Source: Chlorobiota bacterium
GTDB lineage: Bacteria; Bacteroidota; Ignavibacteria; OLB7
Length of the DNA: 64,000 nucleotides
Reading direction: 5' to 3'
Assembly: GCA_963711465.1 (NCBI GenBank)
Contig: CAVQEG010000001.1
Coordinates: forward strand, 367,724 to 431,723
Positions 44,348-52,237 of this stretch are shown here, piece after piece; the stretch's first letter is position 1; every line of letters begins with the position of its first letter. The notes beneath the pieces are model-generated. The model did not search any database, was not told the origin of the DNA, and worked only from the letters and a program-made list of their open reading frames with translations. The translations under genes and the position numbers were made by a program.

Positions 44348-46234
44348 ATGTACAATCGACGCAATGATCGCAGTCGCCATCGGGAGTGGGATGATCGTGG
44401 CGACCCTCGATCCTACGAGCGACGTCCCGAATGGTCGGATGAGGACCGAGGATTTGACCGCACCACCGACTACCGCGCAACCGACGACCGCGCAACCAGA
44501 GACATGCGACCCGACGAATATTCCCTCGGCGGAGATCAGTACCCCGACACCGGGTATCGGTATTACGATGGCAGACAGTACGCTCGCGGCGGATACGACC
44601 TCAACAGCTACCGGCGCCGTCCGTCACGGGCAGAACGGGACCTGCGCTACCAGTACGGCGGGGATTCCGATCACTACGCCGATACCCAGGGTGGCGGGTT
44701 CGGATCTGAAGCCTTCGACGCACAGCGCTATGACCGCTCACGCGGCATCTCAGACGGGGATCGCTATCGCGATCAGCGCGACCCGTACCAGTATGGACGT
44801 CCGGATTCGCAGGGCGATCGTCGCGGATACGCTGCCTCCGATCGGCGGCCACCGCGATCATACGAACCCGATGCGAGGGAATGGGAACGCCACCGACGCC
44901 CCTACGGATACCGGGGGTACGACGAGTCTGAATCCTACGACGGGTGGCGCTCCCCGGATGACCGACGGTTCAGCCGAAGTGGACGATACGATCGCGGCCG
45001 CGGGTACGAGGAGCGCCGGTGGTACGGTGATTACCAGCCCCATGATGCCCAATTCCCTGCCCACGATGGACAGTATGACCGATGGCGGGGAGACGTGCGC
45101 GGCGGAGAACGGTATCTCGGCGACCGCGACGGTGAATACCGATCCAAGGGCAGGCGCGGCTACGACGAACGGACCGGAAGCGACGAGGACCAGTACGGTA
45201 CGCGTGGTGGGTTCGTCAGTCAGCCCGCTCCAGGCGAGTCTGAATTCGCCCAGAATGACTACGGTCTCGGCGGAGGCATCTACGGAGGACACAGCGACCG
45301 CTACGAGGGTCGCCACGTCGGATACGGCGGCGAAATGACTGGACCGGGAGGCTACAGCTATGGGCAGTCCTTCGGTGCCAACCCCTACGGCGGCTACGGT
45401 GACAGCAAGGAAGCTTATCCCCTCAACTCCGAACAGCGTCGCCTCGGCAGACAGAATTACTCCGACACCGAGTACTCCGGAACCAACTATTCGTCTGGCG
45501 ATCAACTGCCGCCCGACGGTTCACGATGGCACCCGAATCAAACCGGCGGTGCAGACCGGTACGACCAGCGATACGGTGAGGACGGCGTGAGCGATTTGCC
45601 CTACGGGTCCGACAGCAGCGGGGGCCAACCGTACGACTACCGTGGTGTAGACCGCGTTGACTATGAGCGCCCGGAATCAGACTCGCGTCGCTCGGCCCTT
45701 CCCGGTCCCGGATACGACCCGAACTATGGTCTCGATGAACAGCCGATCGCTCCCGACACGGAAGCACGCATGAATCTCGGTAGCGACGCGATGGCTGGAC
45801 TCGGCCGTGGCATCGGTTCGGACGTCGCCAGTTCGGGTCCGCATGCACTGGCAAAGGGGTCATCAGCCGTTGGCACCGGATCGGTCGTGGCATCGGGTGG
45901 GAGGACGGCGACTGGAACGGATTCCGGCGCGGCGCCCTCGGTGAGTCCGACCGCCAGGCGCACGCGCACCTCATCCGGATCCGCGTCGGCGGGTCAGACG
46001 GCATCCGGCATGACCTCGAAAGGCGCTGCGTCCAATTCCGAGCGCTCGTCTTCGACCGCAAAGAGAAGCATATCGACGTCGAAGTCGGGGTCGAAGGCGA
46101 AGTCGACCGCCAAATCGAAGTCCGGTTCGGACAACAGCGCGGCGACCGGATCGACGCGATCGAAATCGAGCCGACGCGGAAGTTCAAAACGCGGCGCATC
46201 GCAAGACACGTCGGATGCATCGGAATCCGTCTGA
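44348..46234 (+). CDS. Hypothetical Arg/Asp/Tyr/Gly-rich low-complexity protein with a Ser/Thr/Lys-rich basic tail, predicted intrinsically disordered (628 aa)
   Basis: GGAG lies 9 nt upstream of the ATG. About 430 aa are built from motifs such as DRYRDQRDPYQYGRPDSQGDRRGY, YGYRGYDESESYDGW and GRYDRGRGYEERRWYGDY. About 190 aa of S/T/A/G/K-rich sequence follow (KRSISTSKSGSKAKSTAKSKSGS). TAC is consistently preferred over TAT in this frame. Confidence 0.6.
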   Translation: MYNRRNDRSRHREWDDRGDPRSYERRPEWSDEDRGFDRTTDYRATDDRATRDMRPDEYSLGGDQYPDTGYRYYDGRQYARGGYDLNSYRRRPSRAERDLRYQYGGDSDHYADTQGGGFGSEAFDAQRYDRSRGISDGDRYRDQRDPYQYGRPDSQGDRRGYAASDRRPPRSYEPDAREWERHRRPYGYRGYDESESYDGWRSPDDRRFSRSGRYDRGRGYEERRWYGDYQPHDAQFPAHDGQYDRWRGDVRGGERYLGDRDGEYRSKGRRGYDERTGSDEDQYGTRGGFVSQPAPGESEFAQNDYGLGGGIYGGHSDRYEGRHVGYGGEMTGPGGYSYGQSFGANPYGGYGDSKEAYPLNSEQRRLGRQNYSDTEYSGTNYSSGDQLPPDGSRWHPNQTGGADRYDQRYGEDGVSDLPYGSDSSGGQPYDYRGVDRVDYERPESDSRRSALPGPGYDPNYGLDEQPIAPDTEARMNLGSDAMAGLGRGIGSDVASSGPHALAKGSSAVGTGSVVASGGRTATGTDSGAAPSVSPTARRTRTSSGSASAGQTASGMTSKGAASNSERSSSTAKRSISTSKSGSKAKSTAKSKSGSDNSAATGSTRSKSSRRGSSKRGASQDTSDASESV

Positions 46235-46503
46235 GCCCGCACCGTTTGACCGAGCGAAGGCATCTGTGACAACGGCAGAGGCGTCTGCAGTGTTGACCGA
46301 TCGCTGCGTCGACATCGCGTGCGACCCGGACAGGATGGCAGCACAGGGTGCTACGGAAACGCCGAAATCTGCCCGAATTCGACTGGCATACTCGTTGAAT
46401 ACGCCCGTCGCAGACGATCACATTCCTGCTCGTTCGCTGGCCTGGGCGGTCGGGCAAGGGAATGCCTCAACATTCAAACGGCAATCAACGTGAGGTACAG
46501 GTC

Positions 46504-47022
46504 ATGGCAATCGTTCGATTCAATCCGCTCAACGAAGTCCTGGGACTGCAGCGGGAGATGAACAGGCTGTTCGACACGTTCGCGCCCGCACGGCGGGACG
46601 ATGAGGGCTACGAATCGGCCGTCTGGCGACCAGTCGTCGACGTGCATGAGGACGAGAACGGCTATTCGATCGACATCGAGCTGCCCGGCATGAAGCGGGA
46701 CGACGTTACCATCAACTATCAGGATGGAACGCTTGCCGTCTCGGGTGAGCGGCGGTACGAACATGAGGTGGGCGCTCCGGCGTCCGACGGCGACGGCGCT
46801 CGGGCGAAGGAGAACGGGAACGGAGACGACAGCGGCACCGTCAGAAAGCGACCAGTGACTGTGCATCGGGTCGAGCGTTCGTACGGGAAATTCTATCGGA
46901 GCTTCACGTTCCCTTCCGCGATCGATGAGAAGGGGATCAAGGCAACCTTCCACGACGGTGTATTGAACGTCAGGGTGCCGAAGGCCGAGGAGGTCAAGCC
47001 CCGGAAGATCTCGATCGACTGA
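46504..47022 (+). CDS. Hsp20/alpha-crystallin family small heat-shock protein
   Basis: The start is trimmed to MAIVRFNPLNEVLGLQREMNRLFD. The alpha-crystallin domain is W.P.VDVHEDENGYSIDIELPGMKRDDVTINYQDGTLAVSGER...ERSYGKFYRSFTFPSAIDEKGIKATFHDGVLNVRVPK. GAGG lies 9 nt upstream. Confidence 0.9.
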   Translation: MAIVRFNPLNEVLGLQREMNRLFDTFAPARRDDEGYESAVWRPVVDVHEDENGYSIDIELPGMKRDDVTINYQDGTLAVSGERRYEHEVGAPASDGDGARAKENGNGDDSGTVRKRPVTVHRVERSYGKFYRSFTFPSAIDEKGIKATFHDGVLNVRVPKAEEVKPRKISID

Positions 47023-47259
47023 GCGGCCCGCCCGGGCATTCAATGATGCTGAGAGAGGGGACAGTCGCTGCCGCGTAGCAATCGCGCGCGAGGCGATTGT
47101 CCCCTTCGCATATCCAGCCGACCGCTGGGGGACTGCGAGAGCAATCCGAGACGAATTCGTTACGCCTTGTCCCAAGAAACGCGTTGGAGAATCTGGCGGT
47201 CGGGCGCTATTTTGAAATTTTGTCCCTGTTCACCAGCGAATCAAGGGGGTGGTCACGCG

Positions 47260-47820
47260 ATGCCGCGAGCTGGAAACAGAACGCGACCGGAGATGGAGAT
47301 CCGGATCTCGGGACTGGCCGACGGAGACTATCCGTTTGAATTCGAGACGGCGCCGGAGGCGATCGGTCTCGAAGGATTCGTCGGCACGGTTCGCGTTGGC
47401 GGATCTCTCCGCAAGTCGTCCAATCAGTTCTTTCTCACCGGCCGGGTGATCGGCACGTACGTCTCCCAGTGCGACCGCTGCCTTGTCGAGGTTCGTCAGG
47501 AGATCGACGTACCGATCAACGTGTACTATATCACGGCTGACGAGGCGTCGGCATCGGCACAGGAGGAGGCGGAAGTGGAGGTACGGACGCTCCATCCCGA
47601 TGAGCACGCGATCGTGCTCGACGAGGAGGTTCGCCAGAGCATCTCGGTCGAAATGCCGGTGAAGGTGTTGTGCAGAGAGGAGTGCCGCGGACTGTGCCCC
47701 AACTGCGGGGCGGATCTCAATCAGGGAGAATGCGGATGTTCCAGCGAGGACATCGATCCTCGCTGGACGCGGCTGGCAGAGCTGTTCAAGGGGCGTGGCA
47801 GCGGGGACCAGGAGGGGTGA
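47260..47820 (+). CDS. yceD: YceD/DUF177 family protein (large-subunit rRNA accumulation protein), upstream of rpmF
   Basis: It has CDRCLVEVRQEIDV and the C-terminal CREECRGLCPNCGADLNQGECGC, with conserved synteny to L32. The start could be 47260 or 47293 (MEIRISGL). Confidence 0.8.
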   Translation: MPRAGNRTRPEMEIRISGLADGDYPFEFETAPEAIGLEGFVGTVRVGGSLRKSSNQFFLTGRVIGTYVSQCDRCLVEVRQEIDVPINVYYITADEASASAQEEAEVEVRTLHPDEHAIVLDEEVRQSISVEMPVKVLCREECRGLCPNCGADLNQGECGCSSEDIDPRWTRLAELFKGRGSGDQEG

Positions 47821-47880
47821 GCGTGTGCTGAGGCGAGGTGGACGCATGCAACGAGCAACCAAACCATAGACGGTACAACG

Positions 47881-48066
47881 ATGGCGCATCCAAAACGGAA
47901 GATTTCCAAGTCGCGGCGTGACAAGCGCAGGACGCACTACAAGATCGCGAGCCCGAAGTTCGGTCAGTGCCCGAACTGTGGGGAACTCAAGCAGCCGCAT
48001 ACCGCGTGCACGAGCTGTGGGTACTACAACGGTCGGGTGATACTCCGCACGCACGAGACGACGTGA
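47881..48066 (+). CDS. rpmF: 50S ribosomal protein L32
   Basis: MAHPKRKISKSRRDKRRTHYKI...CPNCGELKQPHTACTSCGYY is the canonical L32 sequence with the zinc-ribbon cysteines. Confidence 0.95.
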   Translation: MAHPKRKISKSRRDKRRTHYKIASPKFGQCPNCGELKQPHTACTSCGYYNGRVILRTHETT

Positions 48067-48144
48067 CATCGTTCTTCCTGCCGCGGCTGATGCGGCGGGA
48101 ACCTGCAGTCGGTCCAATCGTCCACGTCGTTCTCGAGGCAGAAA

Positions 48145-48609
48145 ATGTCACACAGGGCAATCCACAAGGTGGTGGCTGGTCTGGCGCGTGCCAGGCAGAT
48201 GGAGCGGGTGGCCACCGAGCACTACAACCACGCACGTCACCGTTTGAAGGTGCCGGCGGTTACGTCGGTTCTCGACAAGATCGAGAGCGACCACGTTCGC
48301 ATGATCCAGCTCGTCGATCGCGAGCGGGAGCGGCTGCAGGCCGAGGCGGGCGAGGGCTTCTTCGGTGAGGCCGCCGAATCGTTCTCCCGCGCGTTCACCG
48401 ACGTCGTCGGACACCTGCCGGCGATCTTTATCGAAGCCGAGACCAATCCGACGCCGGACACACTGCTGCGCATTGAACGCCATCTGCTCGAGCAGTACGA
48501 ATCGGTGCTCGAACTGGCGCAGGAGGAGCAGACGCGCGAGGTGCTCGGTGAGCTCATCGGCGTGTGCCGCGACCACATCAACGCGATTACCGCGGTCGAC
48601 CGGATCTGA
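48145..48609 (+). CDS. Hypothetical helical protein (possibly a ferritin-like/DUF2383-type four-helix bundle)
   Basis: GC3 bias is good in this frame, and the sequence has a heptad-like helical pattern (ERVATEHYNHARHRL..., LLRIERHLLEQYESVLELAQEE...). The family guess is weak. Confidence 0.6.
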   Translation: MSHRAIHKVVAGLARARQMERVATEHYNHARHRLKVPAVTSVLDKIESDHVRMIQLVDRERERLQAEAGEGFFGEAAESFSRAFTDVVGHLPAIFIEAETNPTPDTLLRIERHLLEQYESVLELAQEEQTREVLGELIGVCRDHINAITAVDRI

Positions 48610-48641
48610 TCGATCCCGCCGTCGCTCCGACCGCACGTGCC

Positions 48642-48857
48642 ATGATCCGCTCGCCGTTCCTGCGCCATCTCTTGGCGAACCTCCGCATTACCTTCTTCCT
48701 CATCATCGCTGCGGTCGGCGTCGTGGTCGGCTATGCCCTGTGGATGCATCAAACGGCTCACTGGGAAATCGTCGGCTTCGTCGCCGTCGGTATGACGCTC
48801 AGTTCGATCATCAACGCCTGGTATGATCGCAGGCGTCGCCCATCCGACGATTCCTGA
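48642..48857 (+). CDS. Small two-TM membrane protein (hypothetical, 71 aa)
   Basis: This is the internal ATG of track ORF 48564..48857. MIRSPFLRHLLANLRITFFLIIAAVGVVVGYALWMHQTAHWEIVGFVAVGMTLSSIINAWY has two hydrophobic helices. Confidence 0.4.
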   Translation: MIRSPFLRHLLANLRITFFLIIAAVGVVVGYALWMHQTAHWEIVGFVAVGMTLSSIINAWYDRRRRPSDDS

Positions 48858-48896
48858 GCGATCCACTCGCAACCATTCCGCACTGCCGCCACGTCA

Positions 48897-49217
48897 ATGA
48901 ACGCGATCCTCGTGCTCTCGACCGCGCCGTCGACCGATGACGCGCACCAGCTCGCCCGGACACTCGTCGAGGAGCGATTGGCGGCCTGCTGCAGCATTGT
49001 TCCCGGCGTGAGTTCGATCTATCGATGGCAGAATTCAGTCGAACGGTCTGACGAGTGCCTGATGCTGATCAAGACGTCGCGTGAGCACTACGAGGCCCTG
49101 CGCACAAGAATTCTGTCGATGCATCCGTACGACGTTCCCGAAATCCTGGCGGTGAACCTCGACGCAGGCGATCCGTCCTACCTCTCCTGGCTGGCCGCAT
49201 CGCTCGGTGCACCCTGA
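48897..49217 (+). CDS. cutA: Divalent-cation tolerance protein CutA
   Basis: LVLSTAPS....A..LA..LVEERLAACCSIVPGVSSIYRWQNSVERSDECLMLIKT and HPYDVPEILAV match the CutA1 signature. Confidence 0.9.
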   Translation: MNAILVLSTAPSTDDAHQLARTLVEERLAACCSIVPGVSSIYRWQNSVERSDECLMLIKTSREHYEALRTRILSMHPYDVPEILAVNLDAGDPSYLSWLAASLGAP

Positions 49218-50482
49218 GCGCTCCCCGACGCTCCATCATTGCCACCATCGACGCGTGCGTTGCCGACCTCTTCTGACCCGTCCTCCGTTCCGGAGGCAAT
49301 CTGCCCGTTCGCTTCCTTCGACCGCTCTGCCAGAGCCGCCAGTTTCGCCTCCAGTATCTCCCCTTCGGTCATTCCAACCGAACGGTACACCGTCGCGCAC
49401 AACGCGAGCATCAGCCGGCGCTGCTGCGGCAGTTGCCGGGCAGCCACGGTGTAGAATCTCGACGCTTCGTTGTAGAACCCGAGGCGCTGGTAGTGGGCAC
49501 CGATCAACATTGCCAGTGCCGGATTGTCGTTGCCAAGCTCGAGCCGAATGCTGGACTCACCGCTCTCTGCGCGTGGCCCCAGGACGTCATCGGCTGGATG
49601 GAACCTCGCCGATACTGTGCGGTTCGTATCGCCTGCGTCCGCAAGTGTCCAGGTGTAGTGCACACCGGGAAACAGATGTGCCGCGGCATCCTGCCACACG
49701 AACGAGGTATCGCGAGTCCGCGTTCGAAGGACGACCTGGCCAAGTTCGTTGACGACGCGAATGGCAAACGTGTCGACGCCATCGTGCCTCAGCCACCGGA
49801 ATTCCAGAGGTGCGCGAAGGACGGTCGTGCTTCGCGGTTGCAGAATGAGCAGCGTGTCGGGCAGCGCACCGATCTGCCGTTGCAGCTGCGCTGCCGCGGA
49901 GGCGATGATCGACCCATCGTCGACGGTCGCCGAGTCGCTGCGATCTGCCGCCAGCCGACCGATCCCAGTGAGGTCACCGCCAGTCGAGTCTCCGTTCGAC
50001 CGCGACGCGGACTGCAGTGTTTCCGCGGCCATCATCGAGTCGACCTCCGGACGCAGGTCGTCCAGCTCCAGCAGCGACCGTTCGACCGCTGCATTGCTGC
50101 GGTCGCCGGCAGCGTCGACAATCGTTGAATACCGCAGCCGGCGTCGGCCCCGGAAATGAACGATCGCTCCATTGACCGACAGCTCAATGCTGCCACCGCG
50201 CCCCACTTCGACAATGATGTTCGAGTCGAGCCTGCGCGGTACCGACGCTGCCTCTTCGACGCTGTCGTGTTGCAGGTGGACGGACCCCTCGAAGCAGACG
50301 ATGCGGACGTCGCGCGGGATCGAATCCGGTGCCGCCATGGTATCTGGTGCTGCCATCGAATCGGCCGTTGCCGTGGCGTCACCGACGTCGGCGGCTGCCG
50401 GCTGGGCGACGATCGGTCGTGCGACGGCGATTGTCACAACCGCCAGCATGGCTGTCGCCAACGGGAAACCGAAGCGTCTCAT
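49178..50482 (-). CDS. Hypothetical secreted protein with a C-terminal TPR-like segment
   Basis: The start is trimmed to MRRFGFPLATAMLAVVTIAVARPIVAQ. The C-terminus is LAMLIGAHYQRLGFYNEASRFYTVAARQ. Its 3' end overlaps the convergent cutA by 40 nt. Confidence 0.6.
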   Translation of the reverse strand: MRRFGFPLATAMLAVVTIAVARPIVAQPAAADVGDATATADSMAAPDTMAAPDSIPRDVRIVCFEGSVHLQHDSVEEAASVPRRLDSNIIVEVGRGGSIELSVNGAIVHFRGRRRLRYSTIVDAAGDRSNAAVERSLLELDDLRPEVDSMMAAETLQSASRSNGDSTGGDLTGIGRLAADRSDSATVDDGSIIASAAAQLQRQIGALPDTLLILQPRSTTVLRAPLEFRWLRHDGVDTFAIRVVNELGQVVLRTRTRDTSFVWQDAAAHLFPGVHYTWTLADAGDTNRTVSARFHPADDVLGPRAESGESSIRLELGNDNPALAMLIGAHYQRLGFYNEASRFYTVAARQLPQQRRLMLALCATVYRSVGMTEGEILEAKLAALAERSKEANGQIASGTEDGSEEVGNARVDGGNDGASGSAQGAPSDAASQER

Positions 50483-50737
50483 GAGGGTGAATGCGTGGTC
50501 GGATTGAATGAATTTTAAATTCGATGCGAACCGGCAATCCAACCGCTGGTATGATGTTCCGCAGTCGGTAAATTGGCGCGGTCGGGGCGGTGAACTGAGC
50601 GTGCGGAGCTCGAAGGAGCGCGGGTTGTGTAGTCCCTATCGAATCCGTACTCTCTCGGCACTCACCCCGGACATAGTCCGAGCACACGTCTCTGTATCTC
50701 CGACGGTTTCTTCACTCGGTCGCGCAGTTCATTATTC

Positions 50738-51547
50738 GTGCCATGTCCGGCTGGTACGTCCCGTCCTCCACGTTCAATCCGTTCAGGCGAATCGTTGCTG
50801 AACCACTCCGAATCCGCTTCCGCGTCCGATAGTTTCGTCTCGGTGCTTGCGCATGCCGAGGAACTCATCGATGCCGGGGACAAGCGCAAGGCGCGGTATC
50901 TGCTGACGCAATTCGTTGAACGCAAGACGATCGACGCGAGCATTCTGCCGGCGCTCGCGGCGCTCTATCTTCGCATCGGCAAGCCCGATCAGGCCGTCCG
51001 CACCATCACTCGTGCAATAGAGAACGACGAAGACAACGCCGATCTTCACAACACGCTGGGGTTGATCTTCGCGCTGCTCGGTCGGGAGGAGGAGAGCCGA
51101 GTGGAATTCGAGAGCGCGATCCGGCTCGAGCCGGACAATCCCGAAGCGCTTCGGAATCTCGCCTTCGTCTTTCATCGGGCCGGCGACAGGATGCGCGCCT
51201 ACGCCACCATCGTCCGTTGCGCCCATGCCACGCCGTTGTCGGTCGAGCTTCGGCTCATTGCCGGCACCCTGCTCGAAATGGATGGTCGTCTCGACGAGGC
51301 CGCCAGCTGCTATCAGGAGGTCGTCGATCTCAGCGGTGTGAACGAACAGCTCCAGCTGGCGCACCAGCGCCTGGTGTCGATCGGTGATCACGGAATGCGC
51401 ATGGCGTTCGAAGAAGTGGTCGCACAGCTCGCCCGAGAAGTAGAGGCCGCAGGGCTCGCCATCGAGCGTATCACCGACGCTCCGGATTGCCGGACCATCG
51501 ACCCGGACGTCGAGCCGCAGTCGGCCGACGCGCACGACGTGCACTGA
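50738..51547 (+). CDS. TPR-repeat protein
   Basis: TPR units include LAALYLRIGKPDQAVRTITRAIENDEDNADLHNTLGLIFALLGREEESRVEFESAIRLEPDNPEALRNLAFVFHRAGD. The track start is GTG and the true start is uncertain. The opposite-strand ORF 50783..51589 is rejected. Confidence 0.7.
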   Translation: MPCPAGTSRPPRSIRSGESLLNHSESASASDSFVSVLAHAEELIDAGDKRKARYLLTQFVERKTIDASILPALAALYLRIGKPDQAVRTITRAIENDEDNADLHNTLGLIFALLGREEESRVEFESAIRLEPDNPEALRNLAFVFHRAGDRMRAYATIVRCAHATPLSVELRLIAGTLLEMDGRLDEAASCYQEVVDLSGVNEQLQLAHQRLVSIGDHGMRMAFEEVVAQLAREVEAAGLAIERITDAPDCRTIDPDVEPQSADAHDVH

Positions 51548-51655
51548 ACATGCTCGCCGGCACAGGTGGCTGTTGCCGCCGGAATTCACCGCTACGCCAC
51601 ATTCTCTAACACACTGCCCGTTGGTCAGTCGTCGCCCGTTCCCGATATTGTCCGC

Positions 51656-51728
51656 GCTTCCTTAGCTCAATTGGTAGAGCAACTGACTCTTAATCAGTAG
51701 GTTGGGGGTTCGAGTCCCCCAGGGAGCA
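51656..51728 (+). tRNA. tRNA-Lys (anticodon CTT)
   Basis: I folded the cloverleaf by hand. The acceptor stem is GCTTCCT/AGGGAGC with one G-U pair. The D arm is GCTC-AATTGGTA-GAGC. The anticodon arm is ACTGA-CTCTTAA-TCAGT, giving CTT. The T arm is GGGGG-TTCGAGT-CCCCC, and the discriminator is A. No CCA is encoded. Confidence 0.9.
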
Positions 51729-51731
51729 CAA

Positions 51732-51767
51732 GAAGCCCGGCGCATCCGCGTCGGGCTTCATTTTTTT
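51732..51767 (+). terminator. Intrinsic terminator after tRNA-Lys
   Basis: GAAGCCCG-gcgcatccgcgt-CGGGCTTC is followed by A and a run of 7 T. Confidence 0.8.
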
Positions 51768-52162
51768 GCGGGGGATTGGCGTATCGGAGGACACAATAAT
51801 GCGATGGTTTTGACGCAGCTACGCGTTGGACGAAGCCACGTCCGGTTCGATCGATTGTGTGACAGTCGGCGGACGTTTTCCACAACCGTCCGGTCGGTGA
51901 CCCTCTTCGATCTGCGACGATCGCAGGGGTTCGGGGTGCCTTGGGGAGAAGGGGTGGATAACCGCGCCCCCTGCGGTGGAAAACCGCACGAATACTGAGG
52001 ATGATGGACGTGGAAAAGTGGTGGGAAAGAATCCGTTGGAAGCAGTGGCGGCGCAGGCGTACGTTTGTTCTGCGGTTACGATGGGACGGGCGGTCCGGCG
52101 GCACGTGAGATTGGGCCCGTGCTTCGCGCCACGTCCCGTAGCGCGCTCTGACGTCAGATTAT

Positions 52163-52200
52163 GCCCCGGTTCAATGCTCCCGAACCGGGGCAATTTTTTT
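52163..52200 (+). terminator. Intrinsic terminator (plus strand) closing an unassigned roughly 430-nt unit
   Basis: GCCCCGGTTC-aatgctccc-GAACCGGGGC forms a 10-bp stem. It is followed by AA and a run of 7 T. On the minus strand no T-run follows the hairpin. Confidence 0.75.
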
Positions 52201-52237
52201 GTGGCAGAGAATCGATCGACGTGAGTCGCCTGAGGAC

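Noticed and set aside
43082-45338. Several ORFs compete with the RGDY-rich ORFs: the 412-aa minus-strand ORF 43082..44320, the 424-aa plus-strand ORF 44064..45338 and the 344-aa minus-strand ORF 45423..46457.
   Set aside because: They are Ala/Ser/Thr/Pro/Arg-rich, with no start context or motifs, and they cross the intergenic gap between the two RGDY genes. Codon preference (TAC/GAC/CGC) favours the chosen frames. This rejection is less certain than the others, and the corresponding finding flags it.
47057-47110. A possible terminator lies after hsp20 (GGGGACAGTCGC...GCGATTGTCCCC with an inner CAATCGC/GCGATTG hairpin).
   Set aside because: The stem has a mismatch and competing alternative pairings, and only a weak U-tract (TTCGC) follows. 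The evidence is too weak to list as a feature.
49178-49217. cutA and the 434-aa hypothetical gene overlap convergently by 40 nt.
   Set aside because: The overlap is real in the ORF coordinates. It is probably just a 3'-end overlap, or the C-terminal residues of one gene are slightly mis-called. There is no further structure to suggest a regulatory antisense arrangement.
51769-52200. The unassigned unit after tRNA-Lys might be tmRNA or RNase P RNA.
   Set aside because: The 5' GGGGGAUUGGCGUAUCGGAGGA loosely resembles a tmRNA 5' end. There is no tRNA-like T-arm or ACCA 3' end and no tag ORF. The RNase P P4 motifs (GGAAAGUCCGG, ACAGAACCCGGCUUA) are absent on both strands. I keep the unit as an unassigned candidate ncRNA in the findings.
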